Source of the DNA: Vicinamibacterales bacterium
Lineage (GTDB): Bacteria > Acidobacteriota > Vicinamibacteria > Vicinamibacterales > UBA8438
DNA: 64,000 bases
Assembly (NCBI GenBank): GCA_965215155.1
Contig: CBDCCY010000002.1
Coordinates: forward strand, 431,386-495,385
Direction of reading: 5' to 3'
Program-made: the position numbers and the translations under genes
Shown: positions 37,071-46,125 of the stretch, piece by piece
Numbering within the stretch: the first letter of the stretch is position 1
Layout: each line of letters starts with the position of its first letter
Notes under the pieces: generated by a model
The model's database searches: none
What the model was told of the DNA's origin: nothing
The model's input: only the letters and a program-made list of their open reading frames with translations

Positions 37071-37333
37071 CCGCGGCGTCGCACCTCCTGCTCCTGATGC
37101 GCATCCATCTCCAACTCATCGACGAGCTGGTTGAGCCGGACGGGATCGAAGCCGGCGCGCAGGCGGAGCTTGTGGGCCTTCGTGCGGTACTTCCTTGGCC
37201 GCGACGCCTGCCTGCCGGCTCGCAGCCCGTCGCGCAAGAGCGTGTTGATGACCCGCCTCAGCGGTTCTCCTTCGCGCCGACGTTCCTCGATTGCGGCGGC
37301 GATGTCATCGTCTATCGTCAGAGTGGTTCGCAT
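37064..37333 (-). CDS. vapB: VapB-type antitoxin
   Basis: MRTTLTIDDDIAAAIEERRREG... It overlaps the vapC start by 7 nt. The track ORF 37064..37537 is over-extended upstream. Confidence 0.75.
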   Translation of the reverse strand: MRTTLTIDDDIAAAIEERRREGEPLRRVINTLLRDGLRAGRQASRPRKYRTKAHKLRLRAGFDPVRLNQLVDELEMDAHQEQEVRRRGC

Positions 37334-37544
37334 CACCACATCGTACCGATTCCGAATTCTGATGTCGATGATGCTCACCGTCTCTGCGCGCGTCCTTGCC
37401 CGAGTCGGCGCATGGCAGCCAGCAATCGGAAGGACCGAGCTTCGCCGGACTCGGCAGGGGCTGGAGGCGGCACAGCCATCGGGCCATCGGCGGCAGCAAG
37501 CATGCGGGGCGGCAGCTCGGCCGCCCCGCGCACGCACGGCGCGT

Positions 37545-39521
37545 CTACTCCGGCAGGGCCAGCGCGACCAACGAGCCGGGAAGCCGGTCGGGGCCGCCGG
37601 CGATGGGGATGACGATGTGCTGCCGGTCGTCGTGCATGTAGCTCATCGGGATGCTGGTGGCCGGCGCCGGCAGCTCGACCGTGCCGAGCCGCTCGCCGGT
37701 GGCCTTGTCCACCGCGTACAGCAGCGGCCGGCCGCCGCGGCCCTCGTTGTACATCAGCAGGGTCCTGCTCACCAGCGTCAGCGCCTGGCTCCGCACCCCG
37801 GTGTTCGGCAGGTCGACGCCCTCGAGCGCCGGGTGGTTCTCGATCTGCGCGGGCGTATCGCCGTTCGGGATCATCCAGAGCGTGTCGCCGGTGTTCATGT
37901 CGATGGCCGTGATGCGGCCGTAGGGCGGCTTGAAGAGCGGCAGCCCCTGCGGCCCCTGCAGGAAGCCGTTGTCGGTGGCGTACTTCGCCACGGTGCGCCC
38001 GATCGGGTTCGGGTCCGCGGCGTCGCCCTCCGCGCCGGAGGTCAGGATCGGCGCCGCGCACAGGGTCATCGACGCCGCGTAGAGGATGCCGGTCTCCGGG
38101 TCCGCCGCGGTGCCGCCCGTGATGTTCGTCCCGCCGCCGGGGCCGGGACAGTGCAGCGCGCCGCGCTTGCCGAGGTCGTTGTCCGGATGGAGCGGCGGGG
38201 TGAACATCGACCCGTACTCGTAGCGGTTGAGGATCTCGAGCGCCTGCTCGCGGAGCTCCGGCGTAAAGTCGATCAGGTCGTCCTCGCTGACGTCCTGCAG
38301 GTCGTAGCCGGCCGGCTTCGTCGGGAACGGCTGCGTCGGCGAGTACCACTCGCCGGGCACGTGCCCGCGCGGCACCGGGCGCTCCTCGATGGGCCAGATC
38401 GGCTCGCCGGTCTCGCGGTTGAAGACGTAGGCAAACGCCTGCTTGGTCGTCTGCACCAGGATCGGGACCTCGCGCCCGTCGATGGTGACGTCGAGCAGGT
38501 TGGGCGCGGTCGGGTTGTCGCGGTTCCAGATGTCGTGGTGCACGGTCTGGAAGTGCCACTCGCGCTGCCCGGTCCGGACGTCGAGGGCGAGGATGCTCGT
38601 CGCGAACAGGTTGTCGCCGGGGTGGAACCCGCCCCAGTAGTCGTTCGTCGGCGGGTCGGTGACTACGTAGACCAGACCCCGCTCGGAGTCGGCCGAGAGC
38701 GGCGCCCACGCGGAGACGTTGCCCGTCCACTGCCAGGCGTCGTTCTCCCAGGTGTCGAAGCCGAACTCGCTCTCCGACTGCGGGATGACGTTGAACTTCC
38801 AGAGGTGGTCGCCGCTGGCCGCGTCGTAGGCCAGGATGTGTCCCGGCACGTTCTCGTGACGCGTCTGCCGGTAGCCCTGCTCGTGGGAGTTCCCGACCAC
38901 GACCACCCCGTTGACCACGATGGGCGGGGAGGAGTTCGTGATGTAGCCGACCGTCGACGGCAGCCCGTCGGTCGGGTGGTACTCGTAGCCGAAATCGGCC
39001 AGCAGATCGACGGTTCCGCGGTCGCCGAAGCTCTCGATCGGGTAGCCGGTGTCCGGGTCGAGGGCGTGCAGGAAGAACCCGGGCGTCACGACGTAGATGC
39101 GGCCCTCGCCGTTCACCACCTCGTAGGCGACGCCCTTGCCGTAGTTCTTCCGCATCGAATTCTCCCAGCGCTGCGTGGGCGGCTCGCGGAAGGTCCAGAG
39201 CGTCTCGCCTGTCGCCGGGTCCATGGCGACCACGGTCCGGCGGTAGCCGGCCACGCCGAACAGCTTCCCCTCGGCGTATATCGGCGTCGACCGCATGACG
39301 TTGTCGACCGTCGGCCCGTAGTTGTCGCCCCGCCACAGCCACGCGACTTCCAGGTCCTCGAAGTTGCCGGCGTCTATCTGGTCGAACGGCGTGTAGCGCG
39401 TGCTCCGCTCGTCGCCCCCCCAATGGGTCCAGCCGCCGTCCTGCGCCGCCGCCACTCCGCCTCCCGCGATCCCCGCCGCCAGCGCCGCGGCCAACGCAAT
39501 CTCCCGTCGCAGTCGTCTCAT
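37545..39521 (-). CDS. PQQ-dependent dehydrogenase (8-bladed quinoprotein propeller), secreted
   Basis: Signal peptide, then WTHWGGDERSTRYTPFDQI...TPIYAEGKLFGVAGYRRTVVAMDPATGETLW... with repeated PQQ-propeller W-motifs. ATG 39521 has GGGGAGA upstream. Confidence 0.8.
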   Translation of the reverse strand: MRRLRREIALAAALAAGIAGGGVAAAQDGGWTHWGGDERSTRYTPFDQIDAGNFEDLEVAWLWRGDNYGPTVDNVMRSTPIYAEGKLFGVAGYRRTVVAMDPATGETLWTFREPPTQRWENSMRKNYGKGVAYEVVNGEGRIYVVTPGFFLHALDPDTGYPIESFGDRGTVDLLADFGYEYHPTDGLPSTVGYITNSSPPIVVNGVVVVGNSHEQGYRQTRHENVPGHILAYDAASGDHLWKFNVIPQSESEFGFDTWENDAWQWTGNVSAWAPLSADSERGLVYVVTDPPTNDYWGGFHPGDNLFATSILALDVRTGQREWHFQTVHHDIWNRDNPTAPNLLDVTIDGREVPILVQTTKQAFAYVFNRETGEPIWPIEERPVPRGHVPGEWYSPTQPFPTKPAGYDLQDVSEDDLIDFTPELREQALEILNRYEYGSMFTPPLHPDNDLGKRGALHCPGPGGGTNITGGTAADPETGILYAASMTLCAAPILTSGAEGDAADPNPIGRTVAKYATDNGFLQGPQGLPLFKPPYGRITAIDMNTGDTLWMIPNGDTPAQIENHPALEGVDLPNTGVRSQALTLVSRTLLMYNEGRGGRPLLYAVDKATGERLGTVELPAPATSIPMSYMHDDRQHIVIPIAGGPDRLPGSLVALALPE

Positions 39522-39611
39522 CGTCTCGTTTCTCCCCTTCGAAAGCGTTCGGCCATTATCTCCCAACTGCCCTATGATGGCCGGCAACGAGGCCTGCGCC
39601 GGGTGAGACAC

Positions 39612-40094
39612 ATGTCGACGATGCTACGCGCGGCGGTGGCGGCGGTCGTCCTCGGCGCCGGCGCGAGCGCGCAGGCACAGAGCGAGGACGAGCGGGAGTA
39701 CCTCCTTGACCTCCGCGAGGTCAACGTGCTCGTCGAGGACCTGCCGGCGGAGATCGAGGCGGCCGGCCTGACGCGCGACGGCATCGAGACAGCCGTCGAG
39801 GAACGCCTGCGGGAGCGACGCGTGCCGATCGGCCGCTCGCGTCTGGCCGGCGACCTCTACGTGCGCATCGGCACCCACCGCGGATCGACCGGCCTCTACG
39901 CCTACTTCGCGCGGGTGTCGCTGCAGCAGCTCGTCACCATCGAAGGCAACCGGCAGCGCGCCTTCGTCGACACCTGGGACCTCGAGTCGCTCGGCCTGGT
40001 AGGCGAGGGCAACCTGCCGCAGGTGGAGCAGGTGGTGCTGCAGATCGTCGACGTGTTCATCGAGGACTACTTCGCGGTCAACGATCCCTGGTAG
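39612..40094 (+). CDS. Small secreted hypothetical protein (160 aa)
   Basis: MSTMLRAAVAAVVLGAGASAQAQ signal peptide. The rest of track ORF 37131..40094 is an antisense shadow of the PQQ gene. Confidence 0.6.
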   Translation: MSTMLRAAVAAVVLGAGASAQAQSEDEREYLLDLREVNVLVEDLPAEIEAAGLTRDGIETAVEERLRERRVPIGRSRLAGDLYVRIGTHRGSTGLYAYFARVSLQQLVTIEGNRQRAFVDTWDLESLGLVGEGNLPQVEQVVLQIVDVFIEDYFAVNDPW

Positions 40095-40206
40095 CGGCTC
40101 ACGAGCGGGAGCGCCGCCGGCCATCGTACGCCGTGCCGGCTCGCGGCCCGCGCCTGCTCTCGATTACGATACGGCCGATCTCGGGCCGATTGCCGTTCCA
40201 AGGGAG

Positions 40207-41184
40207 ATGCACATGCGACTCGCCCACCCCGTCGCCGTCACCGTTGCCGTCGTCACGGTCGCGATCGCCGCGGCCAGCGCCGTGCCCGCCGCCTCGGCCC
40301 AGTCGTGGAGGCCGCCGCCGCCCGAGGAGCGCTGCCCCAGCAAGTGGGGAGCCGGCGACGAGCGCGGCGCCGCCAACCACATGGGCCCCGAGTCCGTGCT
40401 CCGCGCGGCAAGCCTGATCCGCACGGGTCAGGTATTCGAGCTCGGCCAGGTCCTGCATGGAGCGATGCCGCTCGGCGCCCGCCACTTCGACGTCTACATG
40501 AAGCCGACCGGCATGAACGTCGGCTCCAACCGCCGCGGCTCGAACGAGGAAGTCATCGTCGCCGAGATGGGCCAGGTCGGCACGCAGTTCGACGGCTTCA
40601 CCCACCAGACCATCGGCGACAGCCTGTACAACTGCTTCGACATGAACGACGTCATGACCCGGGACGGCTTCACGCGGCTCGGGGTCGAGAACGTGGGCAC
40701 GCTCATGACGCGCGGCGTGCTGATCGACGTGGCGGCCCTCAAGGGAGTCGACATGCTGCCGGACCGCTACGAGATCACCGTCGACGACCTGCAGCAGGCC
40801 CTCGACCGGCAGGGCGTGGCCCTCGAGCCGGGCGACGCCGTCCTGATCCACACGGGCTGGGGCGTGCTCTGGGACACGGACGCGGAGCGCTTCATGGCCA
40901 GCAACCCGGGCATCGGGGTCGCCGCAGCCCAGTGGCTCGTGGAGCACGACCCGATGCTGCTCGGCGCCGACAACCAGCCGGTCGAAGTGTCGCCGAACCC
41001 CGATCCGGAGCTCTCGCTGCCCATTCACCAGATCATGCTCGTGGTGAACGGCATCCACCTGGTGGAGCGGATGAAGCTGGATGAACTGGCCGCGGCAGGG
41101 GTCCACGAGTTCGCGTTCGTCATGCAGCCGCTCAAGATGCAGGGCGTGACCGGTTCCTCGGTCGCTCCGGTGGCCATCCACTGA
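40207..41184 (+). CDS. Cyclase-family protein (kynurenine formamidase-like fold), secreted
   Basis: VGTQFDGFTHQ...GVLIDVAALKG...LEPGDAVLIHTGW... matches the PF04199-like pattern. Confidence 0.7.
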   Translation: MHMRLAHPVAVTVAVVTVAIAAASAVPAASAQSWRPPPPEERCPSKWGAGDERGAANHMGPESVLRAASLIRTGQVFELGQVLHGAMPLGARHFDVYMKPTGMNVGSNRRGSNEEVIVAEMGQVGTQFDGFTHQTIGDSLYNCFDMNDVMTRDGFTRLGVENVGTLMTRGVLIDVAALKGVDMLPDRYEITVDDLQQALDRQGVALEPGDAVLIHTGWGVLWDTDAERFMASNPGIGVAAAQWLVEHDPMLLGADNQPVEVSPNPDPELSLPIHQIMLVVNGIHLVERMKLDELAAAGVHEFAFVMQPLKMQGVTGSSVAPVAIH

Positions 41185-41191
41185 TCGACCG

Positions 41192-42202
41192 ATGCCGGCG
41201 CTCCACCCCGGTCCAGCGACCGACGATCCGGTCACGCGGTATCTGGCAACGTTCGACCGCCTGCGCGCCCGCAAGCGCTGGTCGACCGACACGGCCACCT
41301 TCCGCTTCGTGGCGCTCGCCCTGGGCGCGGCGGGCGCCGGCGTCGACTTCGACCACCTGGAGAAGGTGGCGACCGGACTTCGGAGGCGGGCGCGCTGGAC
41401 GAGCCCGCTCAAGTCGGAGATCCGCTACGTGGTGGCGGCGATGATCGTCCGGCGCGGCCTGAGCCCGCAAGACGTGCATGAACGCGTGTTCGAGGCGCGC
41501 GACGCGTTCAAGGCGCAGCGTCTCCCGAGCCGCGGCACGGGTCCCACGCTGGCCGCCCTGCTGCTGGCGCTGCGGAGCGAGGGCCGCGCGGTGCCGGCGC
41601 GGCACGTCGAGCGGCTCGCGAGCATCTACCGCCGCTGGCGCAACGATCACTTCTGGCTGACGAGCGCCAACGACCTGCCGGCCGCGGCGCTGCACGCCGG
41701 CCGGAACGAGCCAGTCGAGGTAGTGACCGCCGACGTGGAGCGCGCCTACGCACGCCTGCGGGAGCTGGGCTTCCGGCGGGGCAACCCCCTGCAGCTCGTC
41801 TCGCACCTGCTCGCCGTCGATCCGCGCGGAACGGACGCCGCCGTGCAGCGATTCGCGGTCGTCGCCGAGCGGCTCCGGGACGCGCGCGAGCGGGTCGGCT
41901 CGGGGCGCTACGACGAGGTGGCGCTGCTGGCCCTCGCGCAGGAGACGCCGGAGCGCGCGGTCCGCCGCGTGCTGGCCTACCGCGACCGGCTCCGCGCCGC
42001 GAAGCCGCGTCCCTCGAAGGACCTTGCCTTCTCGCTGGCGGCGGGCATCGAGCTGGCGGAGGACAGCGCCCGCGCCGGCCGCGACGGCGCCGGCGACCTC
42101 GCGGCGCTCCAGGCGATCCGGGACATCCTCGATGCCCAGCAGGCAGCGACGATCGCCGCGATCTCGGCGAGCAGCGCCGCCGCCTCGTCGAGCGGCTCCT
42201 GA
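41192..42202 (+). CDS. Hypothetical protein (336 aa, helical)
   Basis: Coding-like composition, 7 nt after the cyclase gene. Family not recognised with confidence. Confidence 0.6.
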   Translation: MPALHPGPATDDPVTRYLATFDRLRARKRWSTDTATFRFVALALGAAGAGVDFDHLEKVATGLRRRARWTSPLKSEIRYVVAAMIVRRGLSPQDVHERVFEARDAFKAQRLPSRGTGPTLAALLLALRSEGRAVPARHVERLASIYRRWRNDHFWLTSANDLPAAALHAGRNEPVEVVTADVERAYARLRELGFRRGNPLQLVSHLLAVDPRGTDAAVQRFAVVAERLRDARERVGSGRYDEVALLALAQETPERAVRRVLAYRDRLRAAKPRPSKDLAFSLAAGIELAEDSARAGRDGAGDLAALQAIRDILDAQQAATIAAISASSAAASSSGS

Positions 42203-42301
42203 GGCCGGCCCCTGAAGCAGCGCCCGCGCGGCCGTCCCGCCGACGGCCCGAGCGCGGGAGGAGCCGCTCCTCGAGTACGCTGGTCACAGAGGGGAGGACT
42301 C

Positions 42302-42757
42302 ATGCGCAGAAACAAGACGTTCGGAGGGCTCGTCGTCGTGTGTGTCGCGGCGGCCATCGGGATGGCCGCGAGCGAGTCGTCGGCACAGGAACAGGCGTCA
42401 GCCGCCGTCCACCTGTCGCCGGAAGACCTCAACGTGATGCCCGGTCAACCGGTTGTCGTCTGGGGCGATCGCTCGGAGCCGGGTGAGGACGGGTACGGCA
42501 TGTTTCTGGTCCTGACGGCCGGCCAGGAGATCGGGTCGCATGCCCACACCGGCCACTACCATGGGATCAATATCCGAGGCACCTGGGTCCGCACCGTCGA
42601 GGGCGACCCGGTCGAGAAGGAGCTGCCGCCCGGCTCGTACGTGTTCCAGCCGGGAGGACAGTTCCACACCGATCGCTGCGCGGGTCCGGACGACTGCGTG
42701 CTCTTCCTCCACCAGCACACCATGGGCGACTTCCTGCCGCCGCCCGACGCGCGCTGA
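42302..42757 (+). CDS. Secreted cupin-domain protein
   Basis: Signal peptide. GQEIGSHAHTGHYHGINIRGTW...PPGSYVFQPGGQFH carries cupin motifs 1 and 2. Confidence 0.75.
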   Translation: MRRNKTFGGLVVVCVAAAIGMAASESSAQEQASAAVHLSPEDLNVMPGQPVVVWGDRSEPGEDGYGMFLVLTAGQEIGSHAHTGHYHGINIRGTWVRTVEGDPVEKELPPGSYVFQPGGQFHTDRCAGPDDCVLFLHQHTMGDFLPPPDAR

Positions 42758-42769
42758 GTGCGGCTGCCT

Positions 42770-42803
42770 CGTCGGCAGGCGGCCCGGGGGTCGCCTGCCG
42801 ACG
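42770..42803. terminator. Bidirectional terminator-like hairpin
   Basis: CGTCGGCAGGCG-gcccgggggt-CGCCTGCCGACG forms a perfect 12-bp stem between convergent genes. Confidence 0.55.
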
Positions 42804-42825
42804 GGCCGGCGAGGAAGCAGCCGTC

Positions 42826-45003
42826 CTACTCCGCGAGCGGGTGCGGCCGGAGCTGGAAGTGGATGATGGAGCTCCGCCGGCCCTTGCCGCCCTCGATGTG
42901 CCAGTTCAGGTTCGACCCGTAGTTGGCCCAGAGACCGCGCCCCTTCCATCCCGCGTCGGGGTCGTCGATGCGCCCGTCGAGCCCGCGGGCGAAGAAGCCG
43001 AGCGGGTACGGCACCCGCAGCACGACCCACTCCCCACTCTCCGGCAGCAGCGCCAGCAGCGAGTCGGACCCGGATCCGGGGGCGATCGGGACGTTGGGAC
43101 CGAGCCCGAGCGTGTCGAACTGATCCACCCAGTTGTAGTAGTGGTAGTCGGCGCTCCCGGAGTCGGTGACGCCCTTCATCTGCGGGCCCGGCGTCGGATA
43201 GAGCGTCCAGCCCTCCGGACAGTGCTGGCCGGTCGCCTCCGGTCCGTTGAGCACCCGGCACTTGCTGCGGTCGAAGCTGGCCATGTGCCCGCTGCCGGAC
43301 AAGGCCGTCCAGATGAGGCCGTTCCGGTCGACGTCGACGCCGCGCGGCGCATGGCCGGTCTGCGCCGGGTCGACGGCGGGGTTCTCGATGGACGGCGGCT
43401 CGTAGACCTCCGCGATGCAGGTCTCCGGCGGGTTGTCCCCGCGGTCGAGCCGCACGAGACGACCGGGGAACGGTCCCGTGCGGGCCACCCAGGCCGTGTC
43501 GTCCACCGGGTTGGCGATGATGCCGTAGGCGAAGCCGGCGATCCGCGTGTCGCGCGCCGGATCGGCCTCCTCCCCCGGCTCGTTCCACGGCCGCGTGATC
43601 CTGCCGTCGCCGTTGGTGTCGATCACGGTCGGGCACCAGCCCTGCGAGGCCTGCTCGTTGCCGGTCTCGTCATACGCCTTCGTATCGAGCCAGCCGACGA
43701 CGTTCGGGTCGCCGCTGAACCAGAGCGTGTCGGCGGCGTCCTCGGCGAACTGCAGGTGGTGGGTGCCGTAGCAACTGTCGATGAGCGTGAACGTCTCGCT
43801 CGCGGGGTCGTAGAACGAGATCTGGCGCCCGCTGCGCGGGACCGGGAAGTAGCGGGCCGACGGGTGCTCCGAGCCCTCCTTGCACCAGTCCGGGTTGTCG
43901 CGCCGGCGGATCGTGGAGGTCATCCAGACGCGCCCGCGGGCGTCCATCATCGGGTTGTGCGGGTTGGCCGGCGCGTCGAAGATGATCTCGTCCCCCCAGT
44001 AGGGCGACGGCTCGAATCCGGGTGCGGTCGGGAACATCGACGGCACGTTCTCCCGCGGCTCGCGGAGGGGAATCGCCAGCTCCGTCGACGTGTGCCGCGC
44101 CGTGTCGGTGACGACCAGCGTGTCCTCGGTAATGGAGACGCCGTAGACCAGCCCGTTGGCGTTCACCGTCGGCTGCCGCTTGTCGGTCGTGACCTCGTCG
44201 TGCACGTACGAGGCCTCCCCCGCCCACTCCCACATCGTCAGGACGAGCCCGCGCTCGACGCCGCGCGGGCGGGGAGGAGCCGGCGGCACCTCGCCCGCCG
44301 CGATGCGGTCGGTCCAGTCCGCGAACATCGCGAGCCCGCGCTCGCGGCCGAAGCGATTCATCACGCCGCTCATCTGCGCCCCGCGCTGCCCGAACGTGAT
44401 GCGGTGGTCCCAAGCCGCGGCGGTCGAGTCGAACCCGTCGAGGTTGCTCACGTCGAACGTGAACCGGTTGCCCATCTGGTGGCAGAGCTGGCAGCCCTGC
44501 TTGGTGACGTCGACCCACGCCGCCTGGCTGCGGAGCGTGGTGGGAATGCCGTTGCCCTCCGGCCCCGTCCCGGGGAACTCGTCCGGCGCCGGCGGCTCGA
44601 GCAGCGAGTACCAGTAGTTGGCCGGGTAGACCGCGGCCGCCTCCTGGGGCGTCGCCGCCGGCCTCGCCTCCAGCATGAGCGTGTCGCCGGGTCGTGCGAC
44701 GACGGGCTCCGAGTCGACCAGGCCGTAGCCGCGGACCCAGACGCGGTAGGCCGCCGCCGGGAGATCGGGCACGAGAAAGCGCCCTTCGTCGCCGGTGACG
44801 ACGATCCTCCGGAACAGGGTGTCGAGGTCGTCCGTCTCGGCGATCACCCACACGCCCGGCTCGGGCCCGGCCGGGCTGCGCACGACGCCGCGGAGATCCG
44901 CGTCGTCCCCGGCCGTTGCCTGCTCCTGCGCGGCGCCGAGCGAAACCACAAGGGCTGAAACCGTCGCCGCGGCGAGCCAGCCGATCCTTGTCTGCCGTGT
45001 CAT
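42826..45003 (-). CDS. Secreted carboxypeptidase-regulatory-like domain protein with a CxxCH motif and a beta-propeller-like C-terminal region
   Basis: ATG 45003 is preceded by GGAGGAG. LRGVVRSPAGPEPGVWVIAETDD...FLVPDLPAAAYRVWVRGYG is CarboxypepD_reg-like. It contains the motif CQLCHQ. Paralog of 62655..64000. Confidence 0.8.
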   Translation of the reverse strand: MTRQTRIGWLAAATVSALVVSLGAAQEQATAGDDADLRGVVRSPAGPEPGVWVIAETDDLDTLFRRIVVTGDEGRFLVPDLPAAAYRVWVRGYGLVDSEPVVARPGDTLMLEARPAATPQEAAAVYPANYWYSLLEPPAPDEFPGTGPEGNGIPTTLRSQAAWVDVTKQGCQLCHQMGNRFTFDVSNLDGFDSTAAAWDHRITFGQRGAQMSGVMNRFGRERGLAMFADWTDRIAAGEVPPAPPRPRGVERGLVLTMWEWAGEASYVHDEVTTDKRQPTVNANGLVYGVSITEDTLVVTDTARHTSTELAIPLREPRENVPSMFPTAPGFEPSPYWGDEIIFDAPANPHNPMMDARGRVWMTSTIRRRDNPDWCKEGSEHPSARYFPVPRSGRQISFYDPASETFTLIDSCYGTHHLQFAEDAADTLWFSGDPNVVGWLDTKAYDETGNEQASQGWCPTVIDTNGDGRITRPWNEPGEEADPARDTRIAGFAYGIIANPVDDTAWVARTGPFPGRLVRLDRGDNPPETCIAEVYEPPSIENPAVDPAQTGHAPRGVDVDRNGLIWTALSGSGHMASFDRSKCRVLNGPEATGQHCPEGWTLYPTPGPQMKGVTDSGSADYHYYNWVDQFDTLGLGPNVPIAPGSGSDSLLALLPESGEWVVLRVPYPLGFFARGLDGRIDDPDAGWKGRGLWANYGSNLNWHIEGGKGRRSSIIHFQLRPHPLAE

Positions 45004-45152
45004 GCCCTCTCCTCCCGTCCCGCGCCGGGGTGGACCCGCTGCCGGATGCCAGCGTCTCCCGCTTGACGACACCCCTGCCATTCTGCACGGGTCGTTCGGC
45101 TTCTTCCAACCGCGACGCCCCGCGCGCTCCTCCGCGGAGACCGCCGCGACTC

Positions 45153-45407
45153 TCAGGACTCCACAGGGCTCACAGGCGTGAGCCTTCGGCCGAACCATGA
45201 CCTCGGGTACAGATAGTCCTCTCCCGACTCGTCCACGATCCGCAGTTGATCGTGCTCGGCCGCCTTCTCGTCCGGGAGCGCCTGGTAGCGCCTGCCGCGC
45301 ACGAGCAAGGCCTCGCAGCCCGTGTTCCGGAGGCACACGACGAGATCCGCGGCGGCCAGCTGGCCGGGCGGCTCACCCCTGCGGACGGATTCCGACACGG
45401 CGAGCAA
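45153..45407 (-). CDS. Small conserved hypothetical protein
   Basis: ...YQALPDEKAAEHDQLRIVDESGEDYLYPRSWF resembles a widespread small-protein family ending in EDYLYP. The start is uncertain. Confidence 0.5.
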   Translation of the reverse strand: MLAVSESVRRGEPPGQLAAADLVVCLRNTGCEALLVRGRRYQALPDEKAAEHDQLRIVDESGEDYLYPRSWFGRRLTPVSPVES

Positions 45408-45428
45408 CCCCTCGTCGGGGCGATGAGG

Positions 45429-45773
45429 TCACCGACCCAGCACCACGTCGAGACCGGACAGCAGCAGGTCGAGCTTGGCCTGCGAGAGCTTGGCAACGCG
45501 CTCGTCGAGGAGGTTTCGATCGAGGGCGATGATCTGCGAGGCGTTGGCCACCGAGTCCTTCGGCAGCCGCGTCGTCCTGGCCGGCAACAAGGCGTTGCCC
45601 GGCGCGTCCGCCCACCGCAGATTGCTGGTCAGCGGCACACAGACGGCAGTCGCGAGGCGGCTTCGATTCAGCGCGTCACCCTGCACCACGACGACCGGCC
45701 GCCGGAATCCGGGGCCCGACCCGGACGGTGGGGGCAGGTCGGCCCACCGGACGTCGCCCTGGGAGATCACCAC
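45429..45773 (-). CDS. mazF: MazF/PemK-family toxin (mRNA interferase)
   Basis: (V)VISQGDVRWADLPPPSGSGPGFRRPVVVVQGD...VCVPLTSNL...LPKDSVANASQIIALD. The GTG start overlaps the mazE stop (GTGGTGA). Confidence 0.85.
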   Translation of the reverse strand: MVISQGDVRWADLPPPSGSGPGFRRPVVVVQGDALNRSRLATAVCVPLTSNLRWADAPGNALLPARTTRLPKDSVANASQIIALDRNLLDERVAKLSQAKLDLLLSGLDVVLGR

Positions 45774-46006
45774 TCGACCCTCTCCAGAACCCGGCGCGCC
45801 GCTACGGACACGAACGCCCGATCGTCGTCGCCTCCGACCTGATCGCAAACGCGATCCATCGCCTCGGTGACTTCATCCGAAGCGTGGCGCGCGACGTACT
45901 CCGTCAGGGCCGCGCTGTACACCTCGCTGCGCGACCGTCGAGCACGCTGCGCCAGCCGCTCCACCTTCTCGAAGACCTCGTCCGGAATGGAAACCGCCGT
46001 CTTCAT
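45767..46006 (-). CDS. mazE: Ribbon-helix-helix (CopG/MazE-like) antitoxin
   Basis: MKTAVSIPDEVFEKVERLAQRARRSRSEVYSAALTEYVARH. ATG at 46006. Confidence 0.8.
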   Translation of the reverse strand: MKTAVSIPDEVFEKVERLAQRARRSRSEVYSAALTEYVARHASDEVTEAMDRVCDQVGGDDDRAFVSVAARRVLERVEW

Positions 46007-46125
46007 ACCCCGAGTATAACCGTCGTCGGGGCGAGACGACCACGCCGGGCGCCCTCGCATGACCCTCGCCGGGCGCGGCGAATGCTCGTACAATAGGCGC
46101 TCTGAGGCCTGACGCCCTCGAAGAT

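Noticed and set aside
37131-40094. A 987-aa plus-strand ORF
   Set aside because: Only its last 160 codons (39612-40094, with a signal peptide) look genuine. The rest is antisense to the PQQ dehydrogenase and the vapBC genes.
42841-44958. 705-aa (plus) and 479-aa (minus, other frame) ORFs overlapping the 42826..45003 gene. Similar cases are 46003..48465, 49693..51462, 51812..53638, 56830..58932, 58978..60543 and 60330..61700
   Set aside because: These are shadow ORFs of the same kind, with no motifs and extreme Arg/Gly/Pro content. Each overlaps a better-supported gene.
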